Shown: positions 30,929 through 43,042, counted from the stretch's first letter. The stretch: DNA of 64,000 nucleotides from Vulcanimicrobiota bacterium (GCA_003135555.1 PLCF01000080.1:6619-70618), one strand, 5' to 3'. Program-made: numbers and translations. Notes: generated from the sequence alone by a model not told the origin.

Positions 30929-31945
30929 TTAGGCCAACTTCCCGGAGTACGACTCCAAGAGATCCCAGGCGGCATTTCCGAACTCCGCCTTCCAGTGCTT
31001 GTAGTAGTCGCCCAGCTTGGCGCGCATCGTGGCCCGATCCGCGGCGCTGAGGTCGTTGACCGTCATCCCTTGCGACTTGAGCTTGCCGATCAGGCTGTCG
31101 TTGAGTTTCATCACGTCGGCGCGCTGGCGGTCGGTGATCCGCGAGGCGTTGCGCGTCACGATCCCCTGAACGTCGGACGGAAGCTTGTTGAACCAGTCGC
31201 TCTCGGCGAGGAGCCAGTAGCCGCCCCACATATGGCTGCTCAGGCTCAGATTCTTCTGCACCTCGTAGAAGCGCGCGAACTCGATATTCGCCAGCGGATT
31301 CTCCTGACCGTCGACGACCTTCGTCTGCAGGGCGGTGTACAGCTCGCTGAAGTTCAGCGGCGTCGGCGCCGCACCGAGGGACTTGAACAGGTCCAGCGCC
31401 ATGCGGCTGTTCGGCGTGCGGATCTTCATCCCGGCGATGTCGCCGGCGTTGTGCACCGGCTTCGTGCTCGTCGTGATCTCGCGCATCCCGTTCTCCCAGA
31501 TCTTGTCGAACGCGTGCAGACCCTTGGTAGCGATCTCGCCGCGAACGTACGCGCCGAGCTTGCCGTCGAACGCGCGGAACGCTTGCGCTGAGTCGTTGAA
31601 TGCGAACCCGACGCTTTGAATCGCGGCGACGGGCACGACCGATTCGAGGATGCCGCCGTCGAGCGTCATGACCTGTAACGCCCCGGACCTGAGCTGCGCC
31701 AGCATCTGGGTGTCGCCGCCGAGCTGGTTGTTGGGGAACACCGTGACGTCGAGCCGGCCGTTGGTGTCCTTGCGAACCGCGTCCCAGAGGTCTTTCATCG
31801 CCACGCTCAGGGGGTGGTCGACGGGCTGATTCGTCCCGGCCTTGCCGGTGAAGTCCGCGGCCGCCGCGGGTGAACGGACGATCGCGACGGTCGCAAATGC
31901 CGCAGCCGAAGACGTGAGGAACGCGCCGCGCGTAGTACCGCTCAT
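30929..31945 (-). CDS. dctP: TRAP transporter solute-binding protein
   Basis: VFPNNQLGGD, GMKIRTP, ELYTALQTKVVDGQENP; Tat-like signal. Confidence 0.92.
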   Translation of the reverse strand: MSGTTRGAFLTSSAAAFATVAIVRSPAAAADFTGKAGTNQPVDHPLSVAMKDLWDAVRKDTNGRLDVTVFPNNQLGGDTQMLAQLRSGALQVMTLDGGILESVVPVAAIQSVGFAFNDSAQAFRAFDGKLGAYVRGEIATKGLHAFDKIWENGMREITTSTKPVHNAGDIAGMKIRTPNSRMALDLFKSLGAAPTPLNFSELYTALQTKVVDGQENPLANIEFARFYEVQKNLSLSSHMWGGYWLLAESDWFNKLPSDVQGIVTRNASRITDRQRADVMKLNDSLIGKLKSQGMTVNDLSAADRATMRAKLGDYYKHWKAEFGNAAWDLLESYSGKLA

Positions 31946-32058
31946 GAGCCTCTCCTAACCTGGATGCCGGGTTCGCGAACTAGCCCGCTCCGGCGGCCCA
32001 ATCCTGCCGGGCGGTCACGGACGAGGACTAAGCGACGGGGCATCGGCAATCCCGGAGA

Positions 32059-33254
<1,196 letters not shown>

Positions 33255-33258
<4 letters not shown>

Positions 33259-34025
33259 TTCGGGTCGAGCGCCGCGAGGCGGGGATCGCCTGGGTCGTCT
33301 TCGACCGCCCCCAAGCCCGCAACGCGTTGACCTTCGCGATGTGGGATCGGCTGCGCGAAGTCGCCGGCGAGCTCGATGCCGACGCGGACGTGCGCGTCGT
33401 GGTCTTCACGGGAGCAGGCTCGCAGGCGTTCGTCGCCGGCACCGACATCGCCGAGTTCCGGGCGATGCGCGGCGCTGACGACGGCGTCGCGTACGAAGCC
33501 CGCATCGAAGGCGTCATCGGCGCGCTCGAGGCGATTCACGTGCCGATGATCGCCGCGATCGCCGGAGCGTGCACCGGCGGCGGCGTGAGCATCGCCGCGG
33601 CCTGCGATCTGCGCATCGGCTCGACCGATGCGCGCATCGGCGTGCCGATCGCCCGCACGCTGGGCAATTGCGTCTCACTGCGCAACATCGCCCGCATCGC
33701 CGCGATCGTCGGGCTCGACGCGGTCAAGGCGTTGCTGCTCACCGGACGGCTGCTCGACGCCGGCGAAGCGCTGCGCGCCGGCTTGTTGAACGAGGTAGTC
33801 GAGCCCGAAGCGCTCGCCGCGCGGGCGCAAGCGCTGGCTGAGGAGATCGCCGCGTTGGCACCGCTCACGTTGCGCGTCACCAAGGAGATGTGCCGCCGGC
33901 TCCGCGACGCGACGCCGTTGCCGGACTACGAGGACCTCATCCGCGCCTGCTACGGCAGCGCCGACTTCCGCGAAGGCTTGACCGCGTTCCTCGACAAGCG
34001 GCGACCGCGCTGGACCGGCTCGTAG
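33255..34025 (+). CDS. Enoyl-CoA hydratase/isomerase
   Basis: RPQARNAL, AFVAGTDI, ACDLRI, DFREGLTAFLDKRRPRW. Confidence 0.9.
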
Positions 34026-34029
34026 CGGG

Positions 34030-35262
34030 CTAGCGCTGCACCCGGGCCGCGATGACGTCGGCGTGCCGGCGGATGAGCGGGTCCGCGCTGCCCGATCGCA
34101 GGGCGCGCGCGATCGCGACACGCGCTACGTCCCAGTGCCCCGACCGTGCCGCGGTCCAGGCCAGCGCGTCCTCGGCGTAGATGTCGTCGCGGACCGCCAG
34201 GTCGCGGGTCGCGATCCGGTAGGCGTCGTCGACGCGCACGCCGTGGTCGGCCTCCCAGAGGGCCAGCAGCCGGTCGTTGACGTGCAGCGCGTTTCCGATC
34301 CGCGCGACGGCGAAGATCTCGTCGCGCGTTGCCGCAGCCGAGTCGGGCTCGCCCAGCGCCGCCTGCGCGTCGGCCAACATCCCCAGGACCTCGGGATTCG
34401 GCTGCACGGCAACCGCGCGCAGCGCGGCAGACTTCGCGTCGGCACTGCGGCCGTCGGCAAGGTCGACTCGCGCCAGGATCGTGAGGGCGCGCAGATGCTC
34501 CGGAAAGATCGCGAGGGCGTCCTGCGCGCCGCGCCGCGCCGCGTCGTGATCGCTGGAAACGAAAGCGAGTTCGGCGGCCCGCGCGTGCAGCCAGGCACGG
34601 CGTTCGGCCGGGGTGTCGTAGATCGCATCGGCGCGCCGCATCGCACGGTCGACGAGCCGGCGTGCTTGGGCCGGCTGTCCCGTCTCCTCGGCGAGCCGCG
34701 CGGCGACCACGTCGAATGTGGGGTCACCGGAAAATGCGCCGGCCAAGCGACGAGCGCCGTCGAGGTCCCCCAACTCGAGGTCGAGCCCTGCTTCTTCAGC
34801 CGCGAGCCCGGGTTGGTCGGGACGCCAGCGGCGCGCATCGACGATCGGCGCACGCGCGGCGCGGAAGCGATGCAGCGTCACGAGGGCGCCGGCGAGGGCG
34901 GCATCGCCGGCCACGTTGCCACGGCTCTGGGCCCGAAGCGAACGCCGTGCGGCTGCTTCGGCGCGCAGGACGTCGCCCAGGTCGCCGCGCTCGCGGTAGC
35001 GCTGCAGATATTCCGCCGAGAGCAGGCGCGGCGTCAGCATGTCGCCGCGCACGCGTCCGGCGCGAGATTCGAGAAATGCGATGTTGGCGTCGCGCACTTG
35101 CCAGTCGGGCTTTACCGGCGCCGGCGTGGCGGCGGCACCGGATTCCGGCGGCACGGCGCCGCGCGCGCCTAAATACGCCGGCCATGCCGCGAGCGCGACG
35201 AGCGCGCCCGCGGCGATGACCGCCGCGGTTGGGATCCGGAGCTTAGTGCGGCGCCCCGGCAT
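34030..35262 (-). CDS. TPR-repeat protein with N-terminal TM/signal
   Basis: Ala/Arg-rich helical repeats; DIYAEDALAW motif; in the DUF4331 cluster. Confidence 0.75.
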   Translation of the reverse strand: MPGRRTKLRIPTAAVIAAGALVALAAWPAYLGARGAVPPESGAAATPAPVKPDWQVRDANIAFLESRAGRVRGDMLTPRLLSAEYLQRYRERGDLGDVLRAEAAARRSLRAQSRGNVAGDAALAGALVTLHRFRAARAPIVDARRWRPDQPGLAAEEAGLDLELGDLDGARRLAGAFSGDPTFDVVAARLAEETGQPAQARRLVDRAMRRADAIYDTPAERRAWLHARAAELAFVSSDHDAARRGAQDALAIFPEHLRALTILARVDLADGRSADAKSAALRAVAVQPNPEVLGMLADAQAALGEPDSAAATRDEIFAVARIGNALHVNDRLLALWEADHGVRVDDAYRIATRDLAVRDDIYAEDALAWTAARSGHWDVARVAIARALRSGSADPLIRRHADVIAARVQR

Positions 35263-35836
35263 ACGGGAAGGTTGCCGGCGTGACGTTGTCCTTGGCGTTT
35301 TGCTGCGGGACGTTGTCGGTCGTCAGGCACGGCGACTGCTTTCCGTCATCGGGGACGAGACCCAGCGCCGTGAGCGTGTTTCCGAACACCGCCCCGAGGG
35401 AGATGTCGATCACGTCGTCGGGCAGCCCGCGGCCGCCGTACTTTCCGCCGGTGGCGCCGCCGGTCTCCACCCCCAGGTACGCGGCGTTGCCGGGCTGCGC
35501 GAGATCGGCCGCAACCTCGTCCGGGATGAGGATCGCCTGCAGCGTCGCGGCATGGGCCGCGTCACGGCCTGCCACCGACGTCGCAAACGTGCCGATCTCT
35601 TGATACAGCGTCTGTGACGCGAGCGGCTGTTGCCAAGGCGCCGACCGATTCGTGCCGTCGTGGTTGGCAAACTGTTGAAACAGCTCTTTGACGGCCGGAC
35701 GGGCGAGCCGTTCGATCTGCGTGTACTGGGTGGTCCCCGTATTGATCGCCGGAGCCGACGTCGCGCCGCCGTTGCAGCTCGCGGTGCCGAGCACGACCGC
35801 GTACACCGCGGCAAAGCTGAGGAATGTCTGTCGCAT
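35243..35836 (-). CDS. DUF4331-like lipoprotein (C-terminal half of the family)
   Basis: Lipobox-like GTASC; QIERLARPAVKE, GGRGLPDDVIDISL, FPYAGAPH. Confidence 0.75.
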   Translation of the reverse strand: MRQTFLSFAAVYAVVLGTASCNGGATSAPAINTGTTQYTQIERLARPAVKELFQQFANHDGTNRSAPWQQPLASQTLYQEIGTFATSVAGRDAAHAATLQAILIPDEVAADLAQPGNAAYLGVETGGATGGKYGGRGLPDDVIDISLGAVFGNTLTALGLVPDDGKQSPCLTTDNVPQQNAKDNVTPATFPYAGAPH

Positions 35837-35841
35837 GATCG

Positions 35842-36615
35842 TTAGGCTCCGCTGGTGGTGCTGGTGGTGGCCCAGACGTGGATGATTTGCGATCCCGCCG
35901 CCGGCGCGATGAGGGCCTTGGGCGCCTCGATCACGATCGACAGGACGTTGAACGAGTTGGCCGACAGCGCATCGACGGGCGTACCCTGCACGCAGGCCGC
36001 GAATGCGCCCGCCGGGGCCGGGAATTTGAACGAGAACGGTGCTTTGGGCGCCGAGCCCGCGGTCTGAAAGTTCCGATCCGGCAAGAACGAGAAGAACTGG
36101 AAGAGGTCAAAAAAGAACGGATCGGCGCGCGGTCCTACGAAGACGCGCATCCCGTTGGCGAGCGCCGGCGCGGCGGTTGCGTTGAACGCGACGCTTCCCG
36201 CGGTCGGGCCCAGGACCGAAACGGTTCCGGCCGTCGGCGCGAACGGACCGTAGACGTTGACCGTCTGCGTCGTGCCGGCACCGGAGGCTTGGACTTGGAT
36301 CGCCATGTCCTCGGGGCCCGCGTTCGCGCCGTGCGCGATCTTGAACTGATAGAGGACCGCGGGATCGAGGGCCGCCTGCGATGCCGTCGCCGGGGTGAGC
36401 AGCGGATCGACGTTCATCTGGAGCACGACGTTGCTCGGGTTGTCGCCGGCCGGATAGATGAACACGTCGGTGATGTCGGCGGCGGGCCGCGCGACCGTGG
36501 TGGGTGAGTCCTGATGATCTGAACCCCGCACGGGCAGCGCGTTGTAGAGGACTCCGGTCAGGACGAGCGCGAGGACGGCCAGGCCGCCTCCGAGCGCGCC
36601 GGGGCGTATCGTCAT
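35842..36615 (-). CDS. DUF4331-like secreted protein (N-terminal half of the family)
   Basis: Signal peptide then GSDHQDSP, DITDVF, FVGPRADPFFFDL, NVLSIVIEAP. Confidence 0.78.
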   Translation of the reverse strand: MTIRPGALGGGLAVLALVLTGVLYNALPVRGSDHQDSPTTVARPAADITDVFIYPAGDNPSNVVLQMNVDPLLTPATASQAALDPAVLYQFKIAHGANAGPEDMAIQVQASGAGTTQTVNVYGPFAPTAGTVSVLGPTAGSVAFNATAAPALANGMRVFVGPRADPFFFDLFQFFSFLPDRNFQTAGSAPKAPFSFKFPAPAGAFAACVQGTPVDALSANSFNVLSIVIEAPKALIAPAAGSQIIHVWATTSTTSGA

Positions 36616-37427
36616 GGGGTGGGTTCTCCTGGGGTGACCGCCGTGGCGGCAGGGAGGACGAGGGCTGAGTTGCGCGTGCGCACGAAGATGTACGCGAAGA
36701 CGGCGACGAGCGAAACGACGAGCACCGCGCTCACGGTGAGATCGCCCAGCGGCGAACGCCACCCGAGCACTTGGGCGAGTTGGTAGACGGCGACCGCGAG
36801 CGCGAGGACGGTGACCGACGCGATCCAGACGCGCATCAGCGCCGGAAGGCGGTCGGCGCGGTACGAGATCAGCCGGTGGACGAGCAATGAGTCCAGCGTG
36901 TCGGTGAAGATCATGCCGGCTGAGAACGTCGCGCCGACGATCAGCGCGCCGGCGAGCCCGGCGTCGGCGGCGAAGGCGACGGCGTACGCCGCGACCTGGC
37001 TCGAGGTTTCGAAGCCGAAGCCGAACAGCAGGCCGATCGGAATCGCGAGCAGCGCGCTCGAGCCTTCACGCAGCCGGCGCGGCAGCAGGCGCGTCTTCGC
37101 CCCGGCGACGCGCATCGAACCGCTGCGCAGCGCGCGCAGATTCATCCCGGCGACCGCGAACAAGATGAGGATCGAGATCCACGTCCCGATCCGCTCGATC
37201 GTCGCACCGTGCGCGCCGACTCGCGTGCCGAGCAGACCGACCAAGGCGGAGATCGCGAGCACCATGATGGTGTGGCCGCCGGCGAACAACGTGCCGACGA
37301 ACCGGCTCAACCGCGGCGTCTTGACGTAGGCGTTGCGTGTGACGTTGTCGATCGCGGCGAGGTGGTCGGGATCGGCGCCGTGGCGCATTCCGAGGACGAA
37401 CACGGTGAACGCGCCGGGGCCGATCAC
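36612..37427 (-). CDS. HoxN/HupN/NixA-family Ni/Co transporter
   Basis: LGMRHGADPDHLAAID, FAGGH, LFGFGFETSS. Confidence 0.88.
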   Translation of the reverse strand: MIGPGAFTVFVLGMRHGADPDHLAAIDNVTRNAYVKTPRLSRFVGTLFAGGHTIMVLAISALVGLLGTRVGAHGATIERIGTWISILILFAVAGMNLRALRSGSMRVAGAKTRLLPRRLREGSSALLAIPIGLLFGFGFETSSQVAAYAVAFAADAGLAGALIVGATFSAGMIFTDTLDSLLVHRLISYRADRLPALMRVWIASVTVLALAVAVYQLAQVLGWRSPLGDLTVSAVLVVSLVAVFAYIFVRTRNSALVLPAATAVTPGEPTP

Positions 37428-38986
37428 GCGCGCACCTCCGCAACGGCGGGATGGCGGTGCCACGCGAACGCGTACCCCACGACCGCGGCGAGCACGAGCG
37501 CGGCTACCAGCGGTACCGGAACGCCGATCCCCTGAGCCGCAAAACCCTGTCCGACCATCACGGCGCCGACCGTCGCGATGACCAGCGACGTCGCCAGCGG
37601 CGCGAAGCGGGCCAGGCGATCGAACCGTGGCCGGGCGACGAGCCACGCAGCACTGCGCACGACCGCGACGCCCAGCACGGTCAGGACGGCGGCCAAGCCC
37701 AGGCTGAACGCGACGATCAGCGCCAGCCCGTAGCCGATTTGGTGGATGCCGATCGCGGCGAGCAGCACGACCAGCGCCGCCGGGCAGGGCGCGATGTTGC
37801 CGCTCGCGGCGGCGAGCACGGCGCTCCGGAAGGTCAGCGGAGCGGTACCGGCGATCCCGTGCGCCCGAGCGTGGGCCGCCGCGTCGAGATCGTCATGCCG
37901 ATGGTGCGGGTCGCCGGGCGCGTGAACGTGATCGTGGGCGTGCGGATGCGCGTCGGCATGCTCGTGGGCGTGCGCATGGCGAAACGGCAGGCGACCGCGC
38001 ACCTCACGCGCCACGGCGCGACCGCCGAGAACCGCGACGAACGCGCCCGAACCCAGCGTGATCCACGGATAGATCTGCTCGGGCACGACCCATTGCGCGG
38101 CGAGCAGCACGACCACACCCAGTGCGAGCACGCCCGCGGTGTGCGCGATCGTCAGCGCCGAGGCCAGGATCAGCGCTTGGCGCGGGGTTGCGCGCGCGCC
38201 GACGAGCGACACGGCCAAAAGCGTTTTGCCGTGCCCGGGCTCGAGCGCGTGCAGGGCGCCCAGCGCGATCGCCAGCAGCAGCGCGGCGAGCACGACCAGC
38301 GGGTCGCTCGCGCCCTTCGCGAGCACGTCGGAGAGCGCATTCGAGCGCCCGAGCGCGACGCTCGGCGACGGTCCGCCAATGGCCGAGTCCGTCTGCCCGA
38401 CCGCGACGATCCGCCCGGCCGCATCGATGTCGGCAACGACGGAGGTGCGGTCGCGGGGCGATCCGGTCAATGCGTTGGGATACGCGCGCAAGCTGTGTGT
38501 GGGTTCGACGCCGTCACCGACCACGACGTCCTTCCAACCGAGTCGTCCCGGTGCAGTCGCGTCGTGGAAAACGATCCGGTGCGCACCCGGCGCGACGCGC
38601 GCGGCGTAGAGCGCGGTGAAATACAGGGTGGGCAGGCCGCCCGCGCCGGGACGGCGCCGCACCGTCGAATCGAGCGGGTTCCAACTGACGGCGCGCCCGT
38701 CGACGGTCAGGGCAAGCTGCGGTGCAATCTCGCTCGCGTGGCTGCGCGCCCAGCGCCGCAGCGCGGAATCGCTGGGCTCACCGCGCGAATCGAGGCTGCG
38801 GTCCAAGGCGAAGGCCGGAATCTCCGCCATGTCGAGCACGTACCGCAAGCGCACGCCGTCCGGGGCAACGGTGATTCGGGAGAGGTGATTGAGGGTGAAG
38901 TTGCCGAGCGGATGTGCCCCGGCCGGGGCGAGGGCCGCGGCTGCGAGGACGATCGCGATGCCGGCGATGCGGATCAGTGCTGCCAT
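37424..38986 (-). CDS. RcnA-like Ni/Co transporter fused to an N-terminal extracytoplasmic domain
   Basis: Signal peptide then HPLGNFTLNH; LHALEPGHGKT; His-rich loop; PCPAALVVLL. Confidence 0.85.
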   Translation of the reverse strand: MAALIRIAGIAIVLAAAALAPAGAHPLGNFTLNHLSRITVAPDGVRLRYVLDMAEIPAFALDRSLDSRGEPSDSALRRWARSHASEIAPQLALTVDGRAVSWNPLDSTVRRRPGAGGLPTLYFTALYAARVAPGAHRIVFHDATAPGRLGWKDVVVGDGVEPTHSLRAYPNALTGSPRDRTSVVADIDAAGRIVAVGQTDSAIGGPSPSVALGRSNALSDVLAKGASDPLVVLAALLLAIALGALHALEPGHGKTLLAVSLVGARATPRQALILASALTIAHTAGVLALGVVVLLAAQWVVPEQIYPWITLGSGAFVAVLGGRAVAREVRGRLPFRHAHAHEHADAHPHAHDHVHAPGDPHHRHDDLDAAAHARAHGIAGTAPLTFRSAVLAAASGNIAPCPAALVVLLAAIGIHQIGYGLALIVAFSLGLAAVLTVLGVAVVRSAAWLVARPRFDRLARFAPLATSLVIATVGAVMVGQGFAAQGIGVPVPLVAALVLAAVVGYAFAWHRHPAVAEVRA

Positions 38987-39079
38987 GTGCCCCTTCCCGA
39001 AGCCTCGTGATCGAGCCCTCACTGGTCCAACGGTGGCAGCCGGTCAGCGGATTGGGCCGTTCGAAAGATCGGGCCGGCC

Positions 39080-39526
39080 TTACGTGCGCCGCGTGTCGAT
39101 GAGGATCGTTACAGGGCCGTCGTTGACGAGCTCGACCGCCATGGCCGCGCCGAAGCGCCCCGTGCCGACCGGGACGCCGGCTTCGCGCAGTTGCGAAGCG
39201 ACGCGCTCGTAGAGCCGTTCCGCGCGCTCTCCGCGCGCGGCGGTCACGAAGGACGGCCGGCGGCCTTTGCTCACATCGCCGAGCAGCGTGAACTGCGACA
39301 CAACCAGGACCGCGCCGCCGACGTCCGCCAGCCCGAGGTTCATGGCATCGTCCGCGTCCGCGAACACGCGCAGGCCCGCGATCTTCCGGGCGAGCAGGTC
39401 CGCGTCGTGCTCTTCGTCGTCGACGCTCACGCCGACGAGGACGAGCAGGCCGCCCTCGATCGCGGCGACGAGTTCCGCCCCGACGTGAACTGAAGCTCGG
39501 CTGACCCGCTGAACGACGGCGCGCAT
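39080..39526 (-). CDS. dtd: D-aminoacyl-tRNA deacylase
   Basis: MRAVVQRV, SQFTL, NDGPVT. Confidence 0.95.
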   Translation of the reverse strand: MRAVVQRVSRASVHVGAELVAAIEGGLLVLVGVSVDDEEHDADLLARKIAGLRVFADADDAMNLGLADVGGAVLVVSQFTLLGDVSKGRRPSFVTAARGERAERLYERVASQLREAGVPVGTGRFGAAMAVELVNDGPVTILIDTRRT

Positions 39527-40816
39527 CTACCAGACGGTCATCGCCGACGCGAACAAGGCAGCGAGCTCCGCTTCGCCCACCGGACGCGGCGCGTTGGCCA
39601 GCAATCGCTGCTGCGCGTACGCGCCGGCGACGAGCGCCGGGACGTCGGCGTCGGCATACCCCAGCGCGCGCAAACCGTTGGGCATGCCCGTCGCGCGCAT
39701 GAGTCGCGCCAGCGCGGCGGCAAGCGCGTCGCCGACCTCGTCGTCGGCCGCGCTCGCGTCGGCTCCCAGCACCATGGCGACGCGCCGGTGCTTCGCCGGG
39801 GCGGCGCTCGCGGTAAACCTTGCGACCGCCGGCGCGCTCACGATCACCGACATCCCGTGCGGGACCATCGCGTGATCGGCATCGTACCCGGGCGGCATGA
39901 AACCGCGCACCAGCCCGGCCACGGCGTACGCCATCCCGTGCGGGACGTGCACGCCCGCGTTGCCGAACCCGATCCCGGCCAGCGTCGCGGCGTACATCAC
40001 GCCTTCGCGCGCCTCGTCATCCTGTGCGTCGGCCACCGCGCGCTCGAGATACTGCCCCAGCAGCCGCAGTGCTTCGACGCAGGCCAAGTCGCTGTACGGG
40101 TTCGAGCCTTGCGACAGCGGGCGCGCCGACGGCGTAACGGGACGCAGCCGCTGGGTATAGGGCCGCGCGGTGAACGACTCTAGCGCGTGCGCGAGCACGT
40201 CGAAGCCGCTCGACGCGACGACCATCGCGGGCAGCGTGCGCGTCGCGTCGGGGTCGACGATACCCAACGTCGGCCGCAAGCGGCGCGACGCGATCCCGGT
40301 CTTGACCGCGTGCGCCGCGAAGTCGAAGATCGTGATCCCCGTGCACTCACTCCCGGTCCCCGAGGTGGTCGGGCACGCGATGTGCGGCGCCAGCACCCCC
40401 GGAACCGGCGCGCCCTCGCCCAGCGGCGGGTTGACGTAGCGTTCGAAGCGCGCCGGATAGGTGGCGTAGAGATTGGCGGCTTTGGCGGTGTCGATCACCG
40501 AACCACCGCCGACCGAGACGTAGCCGTCGACGTGCGCTGCGGCGGCGAAGGCCGCCCCTTCGCGAAACGACGTGTCGGTCGGCTCGATCCGCACCGCCGC
40601 GAACTCGGCGACGTCGACGCCCGCGGCCCGGAGCGAGCGGCGCGCGCGCTCGACGAAGGCGCCCGCGGCCAGGCGCCGGTCGGTGAAGAGCGCGACGCGG
40701 CGCAGGCCCAACGCCGCGGCCTCCGCGCCCACTTCGTCGATCGCGCCGCGGCCGAATTTGACCCGGGGTGCCTCGACTTCGAGGACCGTTTCGTGCTCGT
40801 GCGGGGTCGGCTGCAT
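39527..40816 (-). CDS. Hydroxyacid-oxoacid transhydrogenase (ADHFE1-like Fe-ADH)
   Basis: [44 protein letters not shown]. Confidence 0.88.
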   Translation of the reverse strand: MQPTPHEHETVLEVEAPRVKFGRGAIDEVGAEAAALGLRRVALFTDRRLAAGAFVERARRSLRAAGVDVAEFAAVRIEPTDTSFREGAAFAAAAHVDGYVSVGGGSVIDTAKAANLYATYPARFERYVNPPLGEGAPVPGVLAPHIACPTTSGTGSECTGITIFDFAAHAVKTGIASRRLRPTLGIVDPDATRTLPAMVVASSGFDVLAHALESFTARPYTQRLRPVTPSARPLSQGSNPYSDLACVEALRLLGQYLERAVADAQDDEAREGVMYAATLAGIGFGNAGVHVPHGMAYAVAGLVRGFMPPGYDADHAMVPHGMSVIVSAPAVARFTASAAPAKHRRVAMVLGADASAADDEVGDALAAALARLMRATGMPNGLRALGYADADVPALVAGAYAQQRLLANAPRPVGEAELAALFASAMTVW

Positions 40817-40836
40817 CGCTGGTGGAAGTCCCGCTC

Positions 40837-41589
40837 GTGGCCGAGCCTATCCTCTCGACGCGTGACGTCGTCAAAGTCTACGCGGGATTCACCGCACTCG
40901 ACGGCGTCTCGCTCGATGTCGCCGAGGGCACCGTCCACGCGATCATCGGACCCAACGGCGCCGGCAAGACCACCTTCTTCAACGTCCTGTCGGGCTTCGC
41001 GCCCGCGACCCACGGCAGCGTCCGTTTCGGTGGGGTCGAAATCGTCCACCTCGATCCGGCCGGGATCGCGCGGATGGGGATGGTGCGCAGCTTCCAGATC
41101 AACAGCATCTTCCCGCACTTGAGCGTGCTCGACAACGTGAAGATCGCGCTGCAGGCGCGCACGCCGCTGTCGCGGCGAATCCTCGCATCGCCCTCGGTCA
41201 CGGCCGTGCTGGACGACCCGGCGCGCGCCGCATTGGACGCGGTCGGGCTGGACGACGAGCGGGCAACGGTCGCGGCGAACCTGCCCTACGGTAAGAAGCG
41301 TTCGCTCGAGCTGGCTATCGCGCTGTCGCAAGATCCGCGCGTGCTGCTGCTCGACGAGCCGACGGCGGGGATGGGCGTTGAGGACATCGACCGTACCGTC
41401 GAGTTGGTGAAGCGCATCGCCGCCGGCCGTACGATCGTCCTGGTGGAACACAATTTGCGCGTCGTCGCCGACCTGTGCGACCGCGTAACGGTGATGACGC
41501 GCGGCAAGGTACTCGTCGAAGGCACCTACGACGACGTGCGTGGCGACGCGCGCGTCGTCAGCGCGTATCTCGGCGGAGGGACGCACTGA
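40837..41589 (+). CDS. livG: Branched-chain amino acid ABC ATPase
   Basis: [35 protein letters not shown]. Confidence 0.9.
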   Translation: MAEPILSTRDVVKVYAGFTALDGVSLDVAEGTVHAIIGPNGAGKTTFFNVLSGFAPATHGSVRFGGVEIVHLDPAGIARMGMVRSFQINSIFPHLSVLDNVKIALQARTPLSRRILASPSVTAVLDDPARAALDAVGLDDERATVAANLPYGKKRSLELAIALSQDPRVLLLDEPTAGMGVEDIDRTVELVKRIAAGRTIVLVEHNLRVVADLCDRVTVMTRGKVLVEGTYDDVRGDARVVSAYLGGGTH

Positions 41590-42281
41590 TGCTGACCCTG
41601 CGCGAGGTCCACGCCTACTACGGCGAGTCGCACATCCTGCACGGGATGACGCTGCAGGTCGAGAGCGGCGAGGTCGCCACGCTGCTCGGTCGCAATGGGG
41701 TCGGCAAGACGACCACGCTCCGCACGATCATGGGCATCGTGCGCGCGCAACGCGGCGAGGTCGAGCTCGACGGCGTCTCGCTGGTGGGACTCCCGTCGGA
41801 CCGCATCGCCAAACGCGGGTTGGGCTACGTCCCCGAAGAACGCGGCATCCTCTCGACGCTCAGCGTCTACGAGAACCTTACCCTCCCGCCGGTCATCGGG
41901 CCCAGCGGTTGGAGCGTGGAGCGCATCTTCGACGAGTTTCCGATCCTCAAAGAGCGTGCCAAGGCTGCCGGTACGACGCTGTCAGGCGGCGAGCAGCAGA
42001 TGCTCGCGATCGCGCGGGTGCTACGCTCCGGTGCGCGCACGGTGTTGCTCGACGAGCCCACCGAAGGACTCGCGCCGGTGATCGTCGAGCGCATCGGCGA
42101 GCTGATCCGGGCGATGAAGGCCGACGGCATCACGGTGCTCCTGGTCGAGCAGAACGTCCGCTTCGCCACCGGCGTCGCCGACCGTCATTTCGTCATCGTG
42201 CACGGACAGGTGGCGCAGACCCTGGCGAACGCCGAAGTGATCGCGCGCGAAAAAGAGCTCCTCGACCTGCTGGGCGTCTGA
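41589..42281 (+). CDS. livF: Branched-chain amino acid ABC ATPase
   Basis: LLGRNGVGKTT, LSGGEQQMLAIAR, LDEPTEGLAP. Confidence 0.92.
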   Translation: MLTLREVHAYYGESHILHGMTLQVESGEVATLLGRNGVGKTTTLRTIMGIVRAQRGEVELDGVSLVGLPSDRIAKRGLGYVPEERGILSTLSVYENLTLPPVIGPSGWSVERIFDEFPILKERAKAAGTTLSGGEQQMLAIARVLRSGARTVLLDEPTEGLAPVIVERIGELIRAMKADGITVLLVEQNVRFATGVADRHFVIVHGQVAQTLANAEVIAREKELLDLLGV

Positions 42282-42286
42282 GCGCC

Positions 42287-43042
42287 ATGAAGATTGCAGT
42301 CACCGGTGCGGCCGGCACCATCGGAAAGCCCCTGTGCGCCGATCTCGCACGCGATCACGAGGTGGTGCGAATCGACCTCCACGAGGCCGACGTCGTTGCG
42401 GACGTGCGCGACGTCGACGCCCTCGCCCGCGCCTTCGCCGGCTGCGAGACCGTGGTCCACCTGGCCGGCGTCGTCTCGGTCGAGGCGTCGTGGGAAGACG
42501 TCGCCGGACCGAACATCGCCGGGACGTACGCGGCGTTCGAGGCCGCCCATCGCGCCGGCGTCAAGCGTACGATCTTCGCCAGCTCGAACCACGCCGTCGG
42601 GATGCACGAGGTCGAGAACCTGCCCGGCATCTACGAGCCAGGCTTCGGCCTGGTCGTGCGCACCGACGAGCCGTTCCGGCCCGACTCGCTCTACGGGGTG
42701 TGGAAAGCGTTCGGCGAGACGCTGGGGCGCTATTACAGCGACCAGCACGGCATGCAGGTCACCTGCGTGCGGATCGGCGCGATCACGCGCGCGGATTCAC
42801 CGACCCACCCGAGCGTCGGGCAGAGTTCCGACTGGCTCCCGCTGACCGAGGAGCAGAAGTTCGCGCGCTACGCGGCGATCTGGATGTCGCAGCGCGACTT
42901 CGCGCGCCTGGTGCGCGCCGTCATCGCACGCGACGTCCCGTATGCCGTCGTGTACGGCGTCGGCGACAACGCGACCCGGTTTTGGGACCTCGAACCCGGC
43001 CGCGCGATCTTCGGCTTCTGGCCCATCGACGGCACGCGCTAA
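42287..43042 (+). CDS. NAD-dependent epimerase/dehydrogenase (uronate dehydrogenase-like)
   Basis: TGAAGTIG, FASSNHAVG, RPDSLYGVWKAFGE. Confidence 0.85.
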   Translation: MKIAVTGAAGTIGKPLCADLARDHEVVRIDLHEADVVADVRDVDALARAFAGCETVVHLAGVVSVEASWEDVAGPNIAGTYAAFEAAHRAGVKRTIFASSNHAVGMHEVENLPGIYEPGFGLVVRTDEPFRPDSLYGVWKAFGETLGRYYSDQHGMQVTCVRIGAITRADSPTHPSVGQSSDWLPLTEEQKFARYAAIWMSQRDFARLVRAVIARDVPYAVVYGVGDNATRFWDLEPGRAIFGFWPIDGTR

